Source: Isurus oxyrinchus (taxonomy: Eukaryota). Taken from it: a stretch of DNA of 64,000 bases. The notes below the pieces were generated by a model. That model had not been told where the DNA came from. It saw only the letters and a program-made list of their open reading frames with translations, and did not search any database. The stretch lies in assembly GCA_026770705.1 (NCBI GenBank), contig JANJGN010000189.1, positions 372,001 through 436,000 of the forward strand. Direction: 5' to 3'. The position numbers were made by a program, and so were the translations under genes. How positions within the stretch are numbered: position 1 is the stretch's first letter; the number at the start of each line of letters is the position of its first letter. Below, piece after piece: positions 62,483 to 64,000 of the stretch.

Positions 62483-63360
62483 GTAAGTCTGAAGATTTAA
62501 CTTGATTTTAATATAAACATTTGCTTCAATGTTCTTTCCTTAAGTCGGTGATTGTTTCCCTTGGGATCAGCACCAGGTCCCTCTCTGTAAGTGATCCCTG
62601 TGTCCACTCTGATCCGGAGAGAACCTTTCATTGTCCTGTATCCAGGTAAACAATCACGAGACCCAGAGATTCCTCACTCTGCACGATTACTCCGGGATAA
62701 ATATTTGCTTCAATGTTCTTTCCTTAAGTCGGTGATTGTTTCCCTTGTGTTAAGCGCTAGATGCCTCTCCGTAACTGGTCTCTGTTGTCCCTTACGATCC
62801 AGACAGTGTTTTTCATTGCCCGTTATCCAGATGAATAATAATCAGTTGCTGTGATCTGGAAGGTGCTGCCTGAAAGGGCGCTGGAAGCAGATTTAATAGG
62901 ATCTTTCAAAAGGGGAATTGGATAAATACTTGAAGGGGGAACATTTGAAGGGCTATGGGGGGAAGAGCAGAGGTGGAGGGGGGGTCAAAGATATGGCGTG
63001 TCATTATAATGATATTATACCTTAGGCTTATTTATTGTACAAGAAACAAAGCACCAATCGCTCACAGGGATTGGGTGAGAATGTTAATGATTTGTTTATC
63101 AAGACTCGGCACGAGAACAGTTATACATATGGAGAAAGATTGAAGGCATCAGAGCTGTGAGTGTGTGCTCTGCTCAAAGCAAAAGTCAAACTAAGATTGG
63201 ATCACATGACACACTTCCATTATAGTGATGTCACGCTGATATCCCTTATTGGAACTAGAGATAGTCCAGTCGTTGGTGTAAGGTTACACTGGGCTCTGTG
63301 TCTGTGCTGCACTGACTCTCTGCTATATGATAACCACAGTGTGATATTGTGTTATTGCAG

Positions 63361-63442
63361 GAGAAAGACAGCGATGGAGGAGAGAGTTTCAGGGACCAGT
63401 GACATTGTATTGACCCCCAGTCCACTCTCTGTGAAGCACCAG
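63361..63442 (+). CDS. First cytoplasmic exon RKTAMEERVSGTSDIVLTPSPLSVKHQ; gene probably continues beyond the window
   Basis: ttgcag acceptor, phase 2-0, CAG|gtacag donor. Confidence 0.7.
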
Positions 63443-63654
63443 GTACAGGAGCTGTTTACACTCACTCCAAAGCTTCTATCTCAGTGTGTAGACAACACAT
63501 GTCCCAGATTCCCAGCCAGGTTACCCACAGATATCTACCTGTGGAGTCAGATATGGCTCAGTAGGTAGCATTGTCTCTCGCTCCCTCCCCCTCTTCCCTC
63601 CATCACTCGCTCTTTGACCAGAAACCTGAACGCAATAATGACAAGGCACCTGAT

Positions 63655-63960
63655 GTCAGTAGTGAGGGAGTGCTGCACTGTCCTAGGGTCTGTGCTGAGG
63701 GAGTGCTGGAGTATCAGAAGGTCAGTACTGAGGGAGTGTTGCACTGTCAGAGGGTCTGTACTGAGGGAGAGCTAGACTGTCAGAGGGTCAGTACTGAGGG
63801 AGTGCTGCGCTGTCATAGGGTCAGTACTGAGGGAGTGCTGGACTGTCGGACGGTCAGTACTGAGGGAGTGCTGCACTGTCGGAGGGTCAGTACTGAGGGA
63901 GTGCTGCACTGTCGGATGGTCAGTACTGAGGACAGTACTGAGTGAGTGCTGCACTGTCAA
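63655..63960. repeat. 33-bp minisatellite
   Basis: Tandem units. Confidence 0.9.
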
Positions 63961-64000
63961 AGAGTCCATTTTCAAGGGGTGCTGCCCTCTTGAAGGGGCA

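Overview
Repeat-rich vertebrate genomic DNA, most likely a cartilaginous fish (inferred from Deu-domain/SacSINE1-like SINEs, CR1/L2 LINEs and Penelope elements). Two things stand out. (1) A three-exon hepcidin-like gene on the minus strand (48944-48852, 46289-46233, 43844-43728; 88-aa prepropeptide), which the ORF track does not assemble. Its predicted 8-Cys mature peptide is atypical, and the upstream region has TATA, GGCGCC and C/EBP motifs. (2) Around it lies a heavily rearranged cluster of Siglec/MAG/CD22-like Ig-superfamily exons: leader, V-set with the essential Arg, C2-set, two transmembrane types (Arg-containing with a short tail, and uncharged) and Tyr-motif tail exons. Together these look like a paired activating/inhibitory receptor family. 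No Siglec-like copy is both complete and intact within the window. The rest is Gypsy, CR1/L2, Penelope and SINE debris plus four minisatellites (24, 33, 37 and ~44 bp), three of which appear to be amplified from retroposon sub-segments. Exon boundaries were read by eye from GT-AG sites and phase; repeat boundaries are approximate; no database searches were run.
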